Assembly: GCF_001194135.2 (NCBI RefSeq)
Contig: NC_068991.1
Location: 65,349,026-65,413,025 of the forward strand
Source: Octopus bimaculoides
Taxonomy: Eukaryota
Reading direction: 5' to 3'
DNA: 64,000 nt
Shown in pieces: positions 50,394 through 63,571 of this stretch. Each line of letters opens with the position of its first letter. The stretch's first letter is position 1. A program made the translations under genes and the position numbers. A model generated the notes under the pieces. The model had not been told where the DNA came from and did not search any database. It saw only the letters and a list, made by a program, of their open reading frames with translations.

Positions 50394-51220
50394 GGACAGT
50401 ATATTTTTTTAAAGATGGTATGGTGTATTTGAGGAAGATTTGGCTGCAATTTCCAGTAAGGCAAATAACCACATAGAGGTTCTTTAGTAGGCTTTATTTT
50501 TTTATTTCTTAGGTCTCTCACAAGCTACAGTACTGGAGCTTAATCCAGTTTCCATGGCATTTAAGTGACTGAGATCACAAATTCACCCCCTGGATGGGAT
50601 GCCAGTCCATTGCAGGGTTAATTTCCCAGATATTACTGGAACTCATTTACAGTTGAGTGGATGGGAGCAACATAAAATAAAGTGTCTTGTTCAAGAAACA
50701 ATGCATTGCTTGGTCCAGGAATTGAAACCATGGCCTTACTACTCCATGCACCTTCAGCTTTTATTATTTCTAGCTGTTGTGATATTGTTTTATTGTGAAG
50801 AATGTCGACCAAAGATTTATGACTTACATCTATGCTTTGGTACCTATTTTGAAAGCTAGCAGGTTGTTTGTTGAATGAAATTTGGATGCTATAGCACAAG
50901 ATCAGCCTGTAATGTCGAACTTTCTTCCTGAATACTTGCAGACCCATTATATGTGCAGCCGTAGTTTTTACACAAGTGGTAGTTCAAAACTATGGATTGT
51001 TAGTTAACTCACTAATAACAAGGTTTAATTGCAATATTTACATATAGTAACCATTATGTTTTTTTCTTATATGGAATAATATACATGTAAATGTATGTAT
51101 GTGCAATGTTATTAAATGTAATAACCATTACTTGCAAGTAACCCTGTGAAAAGGTTAACATCGATGCAAAGAAAAAAATGTTAACATAACAATAACAAAG
51201 TTCACAAATGGAAGAGCTGT

Positions 51221-51253
<33 letters not shown>

Positions 51254-51485
51254 ATAGAGTATTGCAAAGCAGCTGTATATTTGAACGATTCAAATTGGAG
51301 ATAGTCTACAGTTTGAACAGATGACAGTGACAACTAATACTATTGGATAATTAACTTTGAAAGTTACCTTTCCATATGGCATGAAACTGATACAACAAAA
51401 CTATAGGGTTAGAAGCTAAAATATTTTTTTTTTAAATAAAAATAACTAAGAGATAGACTAATAGACAAACAGATATAAACACATA

Positions 51486-52222
51486 CAGGGTACGATAGGT
51501 AAATTGTCGCCATTTTAGACTTTTAATTTCACGCTTGTGCATTGTTTGTTTTTTTATTTTGTTGACTACACAGTATAGTAGGGTCAGTTGGGCACTGTTT
51601 GTGAGAAAACCAGCACCATAACGCAATTCATTCTGCCAGAAATTTGGAAACGACATGCTGTACTGCTTGGCATTCATGCTGGAGGTTCCAATATGACAAT
51701 ATGAACAGCTGGTGAACACACAGAACAACTGTTGGTTTGCTGTGTCCCCAAAACATGTACTGATAGTGATAAAAATCAAACATCCAGTCAACATCATGGT
51801 GTTTGGAGTGATCACTAGTGATGGCAATGTTATGCCTCCATTCATCTTCTCTCATGGCCTCAGACTCAACATGGAGGCCTACATCAAGTGCCTGGAGGAG
51901 GTAGTGCTGCCCTGGGTCAAGAGGGTGGCTGCTGGAAGACCTTATGTCTGGCAACAGGACTCTGCACCATGCCACACAAGCAGGAGAACCCAGTCATGGC
52001 TGTCAGATAATTTCTGCGACAACATCACCCCTAACATCTGGTCACCTAACTCCTCAGACTGCAACCCCCTTGATTATCATGTGTGGGGCACAGTTGAGCA
52101 AGAGACCAACAAAACTCCTTGTAACACCAAAGAAGAACTGTGAGCAAGGATTATGGCCGCATTCACCAACTGAAATAAAGAGACTGTCCAGAAGAGTTGC
52201 AGGAAATTCCGAAGTCGTCTGG
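51486..52222 (+). mobile_element. Internally deleted Tc1/mariner-superfamily element, DD37D (maT) transposase remnant
   Basis: TA|cagggtacgataggtaaattgtcgcc left end. ORF 51712-52143 has IMVFGVIT..WQQDSAPCH..WSPNSSDCNPLDY, with 37 residues between the second and third Asp. N-terminus and right TIR are absent. Confidence 0.88.
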
Positions 52223-54499
52223 GGCATCCTGTGAATTTGTTGCCCCATTGCCCCTAATGCAGACTTATACAGCAAACCCAAAAGTGCTGCTCCCATAATA
52301 GTGCCATCTGGGGGATTTTTATGGAATTGCTCCAATCACCTCCACCCCCACTAGCTACACTACCATCCTAGATTCAACTGAACATCTCTTAACCCAAGGA
52401 GGGTAGCTCTACATGGTCGTCCAATCTGCTTGAAAAGCAGTCCAGTCTCCCACAAATTACATATCCTACAGTATTAAAAACAGGACACTTTGAGCCATGT
52501 AGTTCTAGTTGAACTATAAATATAATACAGAATCTATTTGAGCTTAGATCTACTGAACCAGAACTAACCTAAGGTTGAATTACTATGATTGAACAATCTA
52601 ATGTCATCAACAAAGGAACCTCCATGTGGCTACTTGACCTGCTAGAGATAGTAATCAAATCTCCTTAAAATCACATCATACATTTTTAAAAAAAGGAAAG
52701 ACAATGAATAATAGTATCTGGATATATGGATAGACAGGATGAACATGGCTGGAATGCCACTGATCTGCTTGATAAGGACTACTAAGTAACATATTTGGAG
52801 TATCATGTCTACTTTCTACCACCAACATTTTCTGTTCATTCATCTATGACAGTAGTAACATATTAGTTACAGCCAGTGATGTTGGTGACAAGTGATTTCC
52901 TCAATTGAATCCTAAGCCAAATAATCAATTATAATGATAAATTTTAACTTCAGTACATGAACACATATTTCTGGCTAGCAAGTAGATTAAGTGCTACCAT
53001 AAAGGTGCTGTTCTACCACTTGGGTCACTGTCTGACCAGTCAGACCCAGTCCCATGAGTTGATTTGCTGTCCCACCAACAAGGTTGCCATCCTACAATTC
53101 CAAGCCACCTCATTCCAATTATTAAAAGTAAATAACTAAATGCAAACACCACATATATATATATATGATACATGTGTTATAAACATAGCTCTGTATTGGT
53201 GGAAAATTGGCAAAATAGTGTCAGATAGAAAGCTTTGCATATTTATTCTCTGTTTTGAGTTCAGATTCCACTGAGGCCAATTCTGGAGTCCAATAATTGT
53301 AAGCATAGGAAAACTATCATGATGACGATGATGACAAAGATCTGAGAGTAATGAGAGCATAGAAAGCAGAGGCTTAGCAAAAAGCTATGGGGCAATAGCC
53401 TGATGGGTTATTTTGATAAAAGTGCAAAGATCTCATTATGTTGTGTGAAATGAGAACAGATGTTCAATTCAATATAAATCATAGATATACTAGGTTCTAA
53501 TTATCATCTTTTATTCTAACAATGCAACACCTTTCCAATACAGTGCTAACAACACCGGATAACATACCAAAAACTCATGAATAAATAAATAGGTTAAATA
53601 ATGACATTGATTATTCATAAAATAAAATTGTCATTTGCTTATTTGATTGGGTTGAATTCCAAAACATCTGTGCACTAATCCATTTGCAGCTAACATTGTT
53701 TTAAAGCAGTATTAACATAATTCCAATCGATTGAGAAATAATCAATAAACAGAGGCGGTGGATTGGCAGAATCTTCAGAGCATTTGACAAAAATACCGGA
53801 AACTATTTAGTAATGGCCCTTTACATTCTGAGGTCAACTTTAGACTTCATCATTCCAGACTCAATAAAATAAAATACTAGTCAAGGACTGAGGTCAATTT
53901 AATATTCCTATAAAGCAACCTTAATGTGAATGGAATTATAATATCAACAGAAGATCGAAGATCAATATATGAATAAAAATACAAGGCTGGATAAAGATGA
54001 TTGACAACTCATAATTAAAATGTCTTTAATATTCCTCATTTTATAGGACTTATTGCACTCATTAAAAACTAGCTACAATAATGTTAGATCCAAAAGAAGA
54101 GCAATTTCCATGTGCCTATCAACTATCACTCTTATTTCAAACGTCTGAAAGATGATGGAAATAGCTATAAAATACCAACTCCTTTTCTCAGTAACCACAA
54201 GCATGGTTTCTGTAGAGCCAGGTCTACTTCAAATTTGCCTACCTACGTCATTCATTAACAGCCACTCACTCTGAAGAATTTCAAAGAAATGGAGCAAATG
54301 ATAACTTCATATAAATATAGCCATTATACATACACCAAGGAATCTTGTAATTCACCCTCCCTACATATAGACAATACATAAACCCCTCAAAATCACTACA
54401 AATTATAAACCTCGCAATCTCTGATGGTATCTCTCAGAGTGATCTACAGTTGCAACCCAAGAGCCAGGCTTTATCTTTCTGATTGAAAAATACTTCAAT

Positions 54500-54740
54500 T
54501 CAGATAATTTGGTGATACAAGAGAAACTTCAAGAAAGACGCACATCAGAATATGATACTATTGTTGCATGTACAAATATTCTAGATCACAACCAAGAGAA
54601 GGCCTTTGAACTGACTGGTAACTATTTGCTCATCAACTTGATACAATGTCTGCTACAAAGATGTGTTGTCTCCTCTATCTACCGCAATGGCCTCTGCTCC
54701 TCTCAGATTGTGACCACAAAAGAATATGGACAGTCACAGG
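54500..54740 (+). mobile_element. Possible decayed L1/Tx1 RT fragment
   Basis: NILDHNQEKAF..NYL..IYRNGLCS recalls the Tx1 RT motif LDQEKAFD..NG.LS. Confidence 0.35.
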
Positions 54741-55091
54741 TGGAAAATTCAAAAGAGAAAAACAGACTCCATGAAAAAGATAGGATAATTACAGGTGGAA
54801 TGCTTTTTTGTTCATACTAATGGTCATGACTGGAATGCTCCCATTCTTATTTCAAAATTAATAAATAAATCTCAGTTCTTTGCTAATAAAAATTTACATT
54901 TTAGCACATGAACAAAGAACGAAGTTTCCTTACAATTTGCTTTTGATAACTTTATCATAATGGAATTTTAATTATAAATTTTTTATGCCACACAAATTCT
55001 GTTCCAAAGGAATTTGACTTGTGTGCGTGTGCGTGTGTGTGTGTGTAACCAAAATTCTAATTCTACTTTTTCTACTTTTATATATCGTCAG

Positions 55092-55162
55092 ATGACAGTA
55101 TATGGGGGCAGAGTTCCCTATGAATGGATGCCATACCTGATACCAACATCTCCCTGTTTCAA
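55092..55162 (+). CDS. Candidate exon (MTVYGGRVPYEWMPYLIPTSPCF-K)
   Basis: Pyrimidine-rich acceptor ..tatatcgtcag, donor AA|GTAAGG, only the phase-0 frame is open, GC well above flanks. Confidence 0.6.
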
Positions 55163-55283
55163 GTAAGGTAGTAATCAGTCTATTGAACAACAAACAACCT
55201 GGACATGTTTATATGGAGAACAGGAAACAAACAACATGGTATTAGTGAGCTTTTTGTTCACAAAGATTGTGCATTTTGTCCAG

Positions 55284-55313
55284 AAGTCCAGATTCTTCCA
55301 CAGTGGACTACAA
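55284..55313 (+). CDS. Candidate 30-nt exon (SPDSSTVDY); alternative acceptor at 55266 adds LCILSR
   Basis: Acceptor ttttgtccag, donor AA|GTAAAC; phase 2-2, matching the phase-2 end of exon 55092-55162. Confidence 0.45.
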
Positions 55314-55541
55314 GTAAACACCATGTGACACTCTTAGCTTACAACCAGCAAACACATGTTAAGACAAGGGAAATACAAACTCACTCACTTTCTCACACAC
55401 ACATGGGCTTCTTTCAGTTTCTACCAATCAAATCCAGTAACAGGGCTCAAGATACCACACAGTGAGACTGAATCCGAAACGACATGGTTGGGAACAAACT
55501 TCTATGCATGTATGTGTGTGTACATGTAAGTACAAACAATA

Positions 55542-55578
<37 letters not shown>

Positions 55579-55939
55579 GCAAGAGAGTTAGGGGTTGAGG
55601 ATTCAACCCACTAAGGGATAGTCAACGGAATACACTGTCTGCAAGTCGATGGGTACCGCATATTCTCCTCCATTTTCTAATTGCTATATATATATATATA
55701 TATTACACACACACGTGTCTATGTATATTTGTATGCATTTACAAATATTTACACACATACAATACACTGTTCTCTCGTTATATTAGCTTAATATTAGATA
55801 AAGCTCATATCTAATTAATACATTTATTCAATATTGTAACCATATGAATCACAAAACTATAATAATGGTTGATGTGTAGTTTGCATAGTTAACATGTCAG
55901 CCCTTAATTTTTGTTAAAAGTTTAGCCTAATAACCCTAT

Positions 55940-56172
55940 CCTCAACTCTCTCTCTCTACCTCTCACCATTTCAATCTCTCTCTCTCTCTACCTCTCCTTC
56001 TCTCCCCGTTTCAATCTCTCTCTCTCTCTACCTCTCACCATTTCAATCTCTCTCTCTCTCTATCTCTCTTTCTCTCACCATTTCAATCTCTCTCTCTACC
56101 TCTCTTCTTCTCACCATTTCAATCTCTTTCTCTCTCTCTCTCTCTTTCTCTCACCATTTCAATCTCTCTCTG
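55940..56172 (+). repeat. Compound minisatellite: (CT)n spacers with an accatttcaat anchor
   Basis: About 6 atttcaat/gtttcaat anchors separated by variable CT tracts. Confidence 0.9.
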
Positions 56173-56603
56173 AGTTTTTCTTCTTCACAATGTCATTATC
56201 GCTGTAAGTTTTTTTCCAAACCCAAACACTAACTTTATGCCTAATATCTACATACCAAATGGTCAGCTCAAGTAATACACCCACCCACTACATGCAGCTT
56301 GCTTCTATAAAATGACCAGTGACCTACATAACAATACTGACCACAGTGACCCAAATTATATAGTTACATTCGTACATAACAATACTGACCACTGATTGCA
56401 TACCTAACACAACACTGGTGATGTTAAGTGTATGTACTTCTCGATGTATGACTGTACCAGTGTGCCACAGTGTGCATATATCTTGTATCTTTTACTTGTT
56501 TTAGTCATTGGACGGCAGCCATGCTGGGGAATTGCTTTGAAGGAATTCAGTCAAACAAATCAGCCTCAGTACTCATTTTCATTTTAAGTCCGGTACTTAT
56601 TCT

Positions 56604-56830
56604 TATTTCTTTACTGCCCACAAGGGGCTACACACAGAGGGGACAAACAAGGACAGAAAAATGGATCAAGTCGATTATATCGACTCAAGTGCATAATTGG
56701 TACTTATTTAATCAACCCCGAAAGGATGAAAGTCGACCTCAGCGGAATTTGAACTCAGAACGTAGCGGCAGACAAAATACCGCTAAGCATTTCGCCCAGC
56801 ATGCTAACGATTCTGCCAGCTCGCTCGCCA
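56604..56830 (-). mobile_element. Young Nin-type SINE D nested in a SINE A, 15-bp TSD
   Basis: TSD tccggtacttattct at 56589-56603 and 56831-56845; the flanks on both sides are family A tail sequence. Confidence 0.9.
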
Positions 56831-56961
56831 TCCGGTACTTATTCTATTGGGCTCTTTTGCCAAACTGCTAAGTTAAGGGGGTGTAAGCAAACCAGCATCA
56901 GTCGTAAAGGTTAGATACAAATACAACACAAAGACACACCAATATATACATATGTGTGTGA

Positions 56962-56989
<28 letters not shown>

Positions 56990-57007
<18 letters not shown>

Positions 57008-57200
57008 CAGAGATGTACTTGCATAGCAAGTGACCTGATCTGAGATAGTGTACTGGAACGAAAACAATTGCAGCGTGGAAGGTGTTTATAAGCCATTTAA
57101 AATAACACACAAAAGCTGTCAGATTCACTTCAACATTTAAATTTAATTTGTCAAAATATTTTCGTCGCTTTGAGACCACGACCTGTTCACTGACAAAATG
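56990..57200. mobile_element. Probable interspersed repeat fragment beginning at (TA)n, unclassified
   Basis: CpG-containing, sharply bounded segment; classification is recollection only. Confidence 0.35.
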
Positions 57201-57429
57201 TAGCACAGTTGAAATAGTTGATACTTCTCACCTGCACTCACTTCATATCTGAACACAAAAGAACCCCAACTAAAAACTGTTTTTCCCTTGCAAGGCACAA
57301 CCGCTGTTAAAGGAAGGAATAAAGGGGGTATTAAAAAAAATGCTTACTAGGAATTTTTTCAAGTAAATCCAGAGATTAATTTTGTAAACATGACAATGCT
57401 ATGCAGTACCATGCCCAGCTGCAGCACCA

Positions 57430-57985
57430 AGCAGTGGCTCTCATGGCTTCTGATCTTAACTGATTAGAAATGTTATCATGTACATGTTTTGTCTTGGTAT
57501 AAAAGATGGGCTACAGCAAATATTCTGCTCAATACCACAGATTTGCTTGTCAGTCGTTTGACCTTAACCAGTTGAGCATGTCCCTTGGTGGCTGACGATA
57601 TGTGCATCTCTGATCATGAGCAGAAGTAGTGGGGGAGCATCACAGCCATGTGTTGAGAGGAATTCTTTGGGGTTTGAATAATTCACCTTTGGAAACATGG
57701 GTGTTTCATTCAACATCCTTAAACAAACCTTATTCAGGGACCTTTTCAGTGGGATGGGTTACTCGACCTGAAGAAAATTCTAACCAGGCCCCATCTGCAA
57801 GGTCATGTGCTGTTAAACTTGATGTGAGATCACCATGTCGTGCACATATGGTTGTGATGCATGTGCCTGGTGTACCCTTATCAGACGGGTAGTCATGATG
57901 GATATACTGGGCTTCGTATATTTTACCCCAGTGTCACTTTGGTGGCATGCAATGCTCTCTTGCTCAATAAAAATAATAAAATAAA
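57430..57985 (+). mobile_element. Unclassified retroposon-like segment of about 550 bp
   Basis: GC-elevated block ending in an A-rich tail caataaaaataataaaataaaa; no ORF family recognised. Confidence 0.4.
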
Positions 57986-58270
57986 AATTTTTAAATGCTG
58001 TTTTTTTTTCGCAGAATCAGCATCTTCGTACTCGAAAATGGGGGATTCTGTAAAAAAAAAAAAAAAGCCAAAGGGGGTGCAGTTCACATTCTTTACATCC
58101 GTCTAAAATATACAAGTGAACCTGTAAGTTATGAATGAGACATTGTAATAAGGGTAGACTTCAGATTGTTGAACATTGATACCGTACTAGGTTCATTACA
58201 TGTAATACCATGTGGTTGATAGGAAGTTTGCAAGGCAAAAACTATTGGCAGTAGAATGATTAAAAAACAA

Positions 58271-58684
58271 GGCGCAGGAGTGGCTGTGTGGTAAGTAGCT
58301 TGCTTACCAACCGCATGGTCCCAGGTTCAGTCCCACTGCGTGGCATCTTGGGCAAGTGTCTGCTACTATAGCCTCAGGCTGACCAATGCCTTGTGAGTGG
58401 ATTTGGTAGACGGAAACTGAAAGAAGCCCGTTGTATATATGTATGTATATATATATGTATGTGTGTATGTGTTTGTGTGTCTGTGTTTGTCCCCCAAACA
58501 TCGCTTGACAACCGATGCTGGTGTGTTTATGTCCCCGTAACTTAGCAGTTCGGCAAAAAGAGACCGATAGAATAAATACTAGGCTTCCAAAGAATAAGTC
58601 CTGGGGTCGATTTGCTCGACTAAAGGCGGTGCTCCAGCATGGCCACAGTCAAAAGACTGAAACAAGTAAAAGAGTAAAGAGTAT
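58271..58684 (+). mobile_element. Full-length tRNA-headed SINE family A (reference copy)
   Basis: Head ggcgcaggagtggctgtgtggtaag..ggttcagtccc (A/B-box-like), internal (TA)n/(TG)n, tail (aaagagt)n. Confidence 0.92.
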
Positions 58685-58845
58685 ATAGATAATCTGGTAA
58701 AATTGAACACTATACTAATGGCACATATGGTCCTATTTTAGATTCTGTGTACATCTAAAGAAGAGTTTCTATTGAAATACACTTATACACATACACACAC
58801 ATGTTGGTGATCTTTGAGTAGCAAGCCATTATTTTAACATTATCG

Positions 58846-59032
58846 GTGGCACGTAAAAGCACCCACTACACTCTCGGAGTGGTTGGCATTAGGAAGGGCA
58901 TCAAGCTGTAGAAACTCTGCCAAATCAGATTGGAGCTTGGTATAGCCACCTGGTTCACCAGTCCTTAGTCAAATCATCCAACCCATGCTAGCATGGAAAG
59001 CGGACGTTAAACGATGATGATGATGATGATGA
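58846..59032 (+). mobile_element. Family C RTE-type element with (GAT)n tail
   Basis: Near-identical to 3706-3893. Confidence 0.85.
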
Positions 59033-59168
59033 AGCTCTTTTAGAAGCTGCTTTATTGATGAGACATTTGATACATGCATCCTTCCATATATACATATGTA
59101 CAGAGATGCTTATAAGAGTACATATATTTATACACATACATGTATGTATACATATGTATTATATATAT

Positions 59169-59203
<35 letters not shown>

Positions 59204-59346
59204 TATATATATACACACATACACACAAAATGTATATGCTGTGTCCTTGTGAAGCACATTTGTATGTTCATATTAGTTCAATTTATGTATACAAAAGTTT
59301 TAAATGTGATATACATAAGTGAAATTTTGGGTGGATTCAATTTGTA

Positions 59347-59419
59347 GAAAACAGAAGACTGGAAAAATATGGTATATTTTTAATTAAAAATATAGCAAAT
59401 TTTTCCAGTCTTCTGTTTT

Positions 59420-59420
<1 letters not shown>
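59347..59420. repeat. Near-perfect 74-bp palindrome
   Basis: 22-bp perfect arms (59347-59368 / 59399-59420) around a perfect 22-nt inner palindrome. Confidence 0.95.
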
Positions 59421-59451
<31 letters not shown>

Positions 59452-59684
59452 CAGGGTTGGCCAAAAGTCACGGGACAGTAAATCAAAACCATTTAATTCC
59501 AAGATATATTTATGTTTAACAACTGAATGAATTTAATAAAAGCATCTAAATATGAAACATCATGAAAATTGCTCAAACTAAAGTGCTTCTCGAGTGACAC
59601 ATTTCTCTATTCGAGTCAATACAGAATTACAGATAGTATTTATGGAATTTTGATTTACTGTCATGTGACTTATGGCCAACCCTG
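59452..59684. mobile_element. Tc1-like MITE (233 bp), TA TSD
   Basis: TA|cagggttggccaaaagtcacgggacagtaaatcaaaa ... ttttgatttactgtcatgtgacttatggccaaccctg|TA. Confidence 0.88.
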
Positions 59685-60645
59685 TATGTATATATATATA
59701 TATATNNNNNNNNNNNNNNNNNNNNNNNNNNNNNNNNNNNNNNNNNNNNNNNNNNNNNNNNNNNNNNNNNNNNNNNNNNNNNNNNNNNNNNNNNNNNNNN
59801 NNNNNNNNNNNNNNNNNNNNNNNNNNNNNNNNNNNNNNNNNNNNNNNNNNNNNNNNNNNNNNNNNNNNNNNNNNNNNNNNNNNNNNNNNNNNNNNNNNNN
59901 NNNNNNNNNNNNNNNNNNNNNNNNNNNNNNNNNNNNNNNNNNNNNNNNNNNNNNNNNNNNNNNNNNNNNNNNNNNNNNNNNNNNNNNNNNNNNNNNNNNN
60001 NNNNNNNNNNNNNNNNNNNNNNNNNNNNNNNNNNNNNNNNNNNNNNNNNNNNNNNNNNNNNNNNNNNNNNNNNNNNNNNNNNNNNNNNNNNNNNNNNNNN
60101 NNNNNNNNNNNNNNNNNNNNNNNNNNNNNNNNNNNNNNNNNNNNNNNNNNNNNNNNNNNNNNNNNNNNNNNNNNNNNNNNNNNNNNNNNNNNNNNNNNNN
60201 NNNNNNNNNNNNNNNNNNNNNNNNNNNNNNNNNNNNNNNNNNNNNNNNNNNNNNNNNNNNNNNNNNNNNNNNNNNNNNNNNNNNNNNNNNNNNNNNNNNN
60301 NNNNNNNNNNNNNNNNNNNNNNNNNNNNNNNNNNNNNNNNNNNNNNNNNNNNNNNNNNNNNNNNNNNNNNNNNNNNNNNNNNNNNNNNNNNNNNNNNNNN
60401 NNNNNNNNNNNNNNNNNNNNNNNNNNNNNNNNNNNNNNNNNNNNNNNNNNNNNATATATATATATATATATATATATAATAACATAAATAATGTATAAAT
60501 ATATGCATATATCCATACATATATGTACATACCTACATCTATATGTATACATACATGCAAATATGGGTACAGGACATCACAAAAAACGTTAAACACAATG
60601 AGAAACTAAAACATAAAGACGAAGACAGAAAACAAACTTTTTAAA

Positions 60646-60874
60646 GTGCTGAAAAGTTCCTGGCTCTAAGGAAACAGGCCTTTTATTTATGATAATAAAA
60701 GGCCTAGTTGGGGACCCAACCTTCTGAGTTCTTTTATGAAGTTTAGAAAACTGAAGGACAGCTGCAATAAGTGTATGAATCTGAGAGGGGAATATATTGG
60801 ATAAAACCATAATTAACTGATCTGCCCGTATTTTCTTTTACCGTAAGCCAGGAACTTTTCAGCACACCCTCACG
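60646..60874. mobile_element. Mariner-type MITE
   Basis: Perfect 20-bp inverted repeat gtgctgaaaagttcctggct (60646-60665) / agccaggaacttttcagcac (60846-60865). Confidence 0.8.
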
Positions 60875-61212
60875 TGTGTGCATGTGTTTGTATTTAGAGA
60901 GAGAGAGAGAGAGGCATAACACTTTCCAAACACTGATGGTCTTATAATGTGCACTAATTTACCAGCAGGAACTTCATATACTCATGGCTGCCAAACTAGT
61001 TTATAGATACCCTGTGCAGTACAATATTAATAAGCTTGTATCATTTATACTAATGTACAGGTACCTACACAGATACACGTTTGATATTTGTTTAATTTAG
61101 AGTATGAGCAAGCTTGGTTTGTAAAAAATCAGTAGTCCAGAATGGCTTTGAACCAAAGGTTCTGGAAAATCAATATTGAACTTCTCTCTCTCTCTCTGTC
61201 CGTGTGCATGTG

Positions 61213-61253
<41 letters not shown>

Positions 61254-62501
61254 AACATATAAGAAAAGTGGAACATTTGCTAATCAAAAAACAGACTTGG
61301 ATGAAGATCAAAAGGATAGACTTAAGGAACGATGAAAGTATTTTGTTTGTCTCTGCTCTACCCTCTCCACCAGCAACACTGGCCCTATTTTATTAATTTC
61401 AAGATGATCTGCAACCTCTCCTCCTCCCTACTACACATTCATTCATTGATAATAAGCAACTGACCTAATCAATAGGAATAATACCAGTCAAATGATTAAT
61501 CTACAATAATACTAACTAATACAAAACTCACTACAGACGTCACCAATTATGGACATCTGACGATTCATAATTTTTCTTAAGTAGAAGACCAGCTTGTTAT
61601 TGCATCTTCTTCAGATTCCATCTACCAGACCCTCTCACAAGACTTTGATCAGCCTAGGACTATATCGAAGGCACTTATCCAAGAATCATGCTTGGGAAAG
61701 AAGATCCTCAACTGCACAGCCATGCTAAAACATACACACCACTTATGAAGGATTGTATTTTATTGTGTAACATCATGTGTAACTGAATACCGTTACATGA
61801 AACAAAGTAATACCAAGCCCTTTTCTACCATCATTCATTCATATAACTATTTTAAAATGTTTCAGCTGCGGTCATGCTGGAGCACCACGTACATTATATA
61901 CATGCACTACATACATACAAACATTACATACATATATGTATGTATACATGATGATGCACCCACATGCCTGTTTTGATCTATCACTGTTCAATCAACTGGA
62001 CAATCTACTAATTGAATTAACATGCAAAGTGGCTGAGTATTCCAAAGACATATGTATCCAAGAACCTACACAATGGGATTGAACTTGGAATTTCATGGTT
62101 CGGAACTGAATTTCTTAACGACTCAACTTTACCTGCATCTCCACTCACACAGAAATTTATATATATCTATGTGTGTGTGTATGTGTGCAAACACAGGTGT
62201 AAAATACGTCTGTGTTAACAGGTGTAAAACAGTACACCAAGCTATGTTCCCTTACGTCAAATGTTAACAGCCATTTGATTAACAAAAATCAATAACAGTC
62301 AGTTGATTAATAGATACTGATAACAGTTCTTCAATAAACAGAGATCAATAAGTATCAAACTGGAATTAGTACTGAGGTCAACATGACAGACTAAAAACAT
62401 AGAAAGCAGTGCCCTGAACAGGTTGCAACTAGTGAAACAGCAAAGGAAGACACACCATACTTCTATATGTGAGCACAGAAGAATATATGTGTATATACGC
62501 T

Positions 62502-62698
62502 TTACTCTTTTACTTGTTTCAGTCATTTGACTGTGGCCATGCTGGAGCACCGCCTTTTAGCCGAGTAAATCGACCCCAGGACTTATTCTTTGGAAGCCTA
62601 GTACTTATTCTATCGGTCTCTTTTTGCCGAACCGCTAAGTAACGGGGACGTAAGTACACCAGCATCGGTTGTCAAGCGACGTTGGGGGACAAACACAA

Positions 62699-62730
<32 letters not shown>

Positions 62731-62892
62731 GACGGGCTTCTTTCAGTTTCCGTCTACCAAATCCACTCACAAGGCTTTGGTCGGCCCGAGGCTATAGTAG
62801 AAGACACTTGCCCAAGGTGCCACGCAGTGGGACTGAACCCGGAACCATGTGGTTGGTAAACAAGCTACTTACCACACAGCCACTCCTACGCC
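62502..62892 (-). mobile_element. Full-length young SINE family A
   Basis: CpGs intact; matches 58271-58684. Confidence 0.92.
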
Positions 62893-63299
62893 TATATGTG
62901 TGTGTTATATATACATGCATTGTTGTTATTATTCAGCTCAGGATCGGCCTTGTTTGAGCAGACCTACGCATGATAACAGACACTGCAGCATTGGCTAGTA
63001 TGCCTTTCTTCATTGCCTAATGTGTCCTTCTCGTTTTATGAGGGTAGGAAGTGGGATGCAAGATGAATTTGACTGCTACTTCCAGCAGGTCAGGTGTCCT
63101 TAAATGGTGATGGTAGTAGCAGCGATGCTGATGAACGATGTGTATGCCAGATGTATCTATGTAAGTGTGTGTATATGTGTCTGTGCATGTGTATACATAT
63201 ATATATTTTACACACACATACACACACGCTTCCTTGCTTGATGGGGCTGGAGTCATATATATATATATATAAGTTCAAAAAATGACAAAAAACAATAAC

Positions 63300-63480
63300 A
63301 AAAAAAAACAACAAAGTAAGGACGTGATACGGATAGTGTTATTAGACGCTCGGGAAAGGAAAGAGAGAGAGAGTATGACGTTTCGGGCGGAGCCCTTCGT
63401 CGGAAAGACGGAAAGTTCAAAGAATGGAAAAACGGAGGAAGAAAAAATCGGCACCGATGCCCACGAGGTTACATCATATA
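63300..63480 (-). mobile_element. Penelope-associated repeat with a hammerhead-like motif
   Basis: Minus strand ccgacga-a-ggg-ctccg-ccc-gaaac-gtc at 63403-63377 resembles PLE minimal hammerheads; surrounding sequence is CpG-rich. Confidence 0.5.
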
Positions 63481-63538
63481 TTTGTATATATATTTCGTTA
63501 TGGCATTGCAATACTAATAACCTGTTATACATACATAA

Positions 63539-63571
<33 letters not shown>

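Noticed and set aside
52954-53127. 174-nt open frame between an AG and GTAAAT
   Set aside because: The peptide is not convincingly protein-like and the opposite strand is similarly open; possibly old repeat sequence.
57140-57200. Hammerhead-like stem arrangement (tttgtca...gtcg..cgac-gaaa...tgacaaa) on the minus strand
   Set aside because: No CUGANGA core at the required position.
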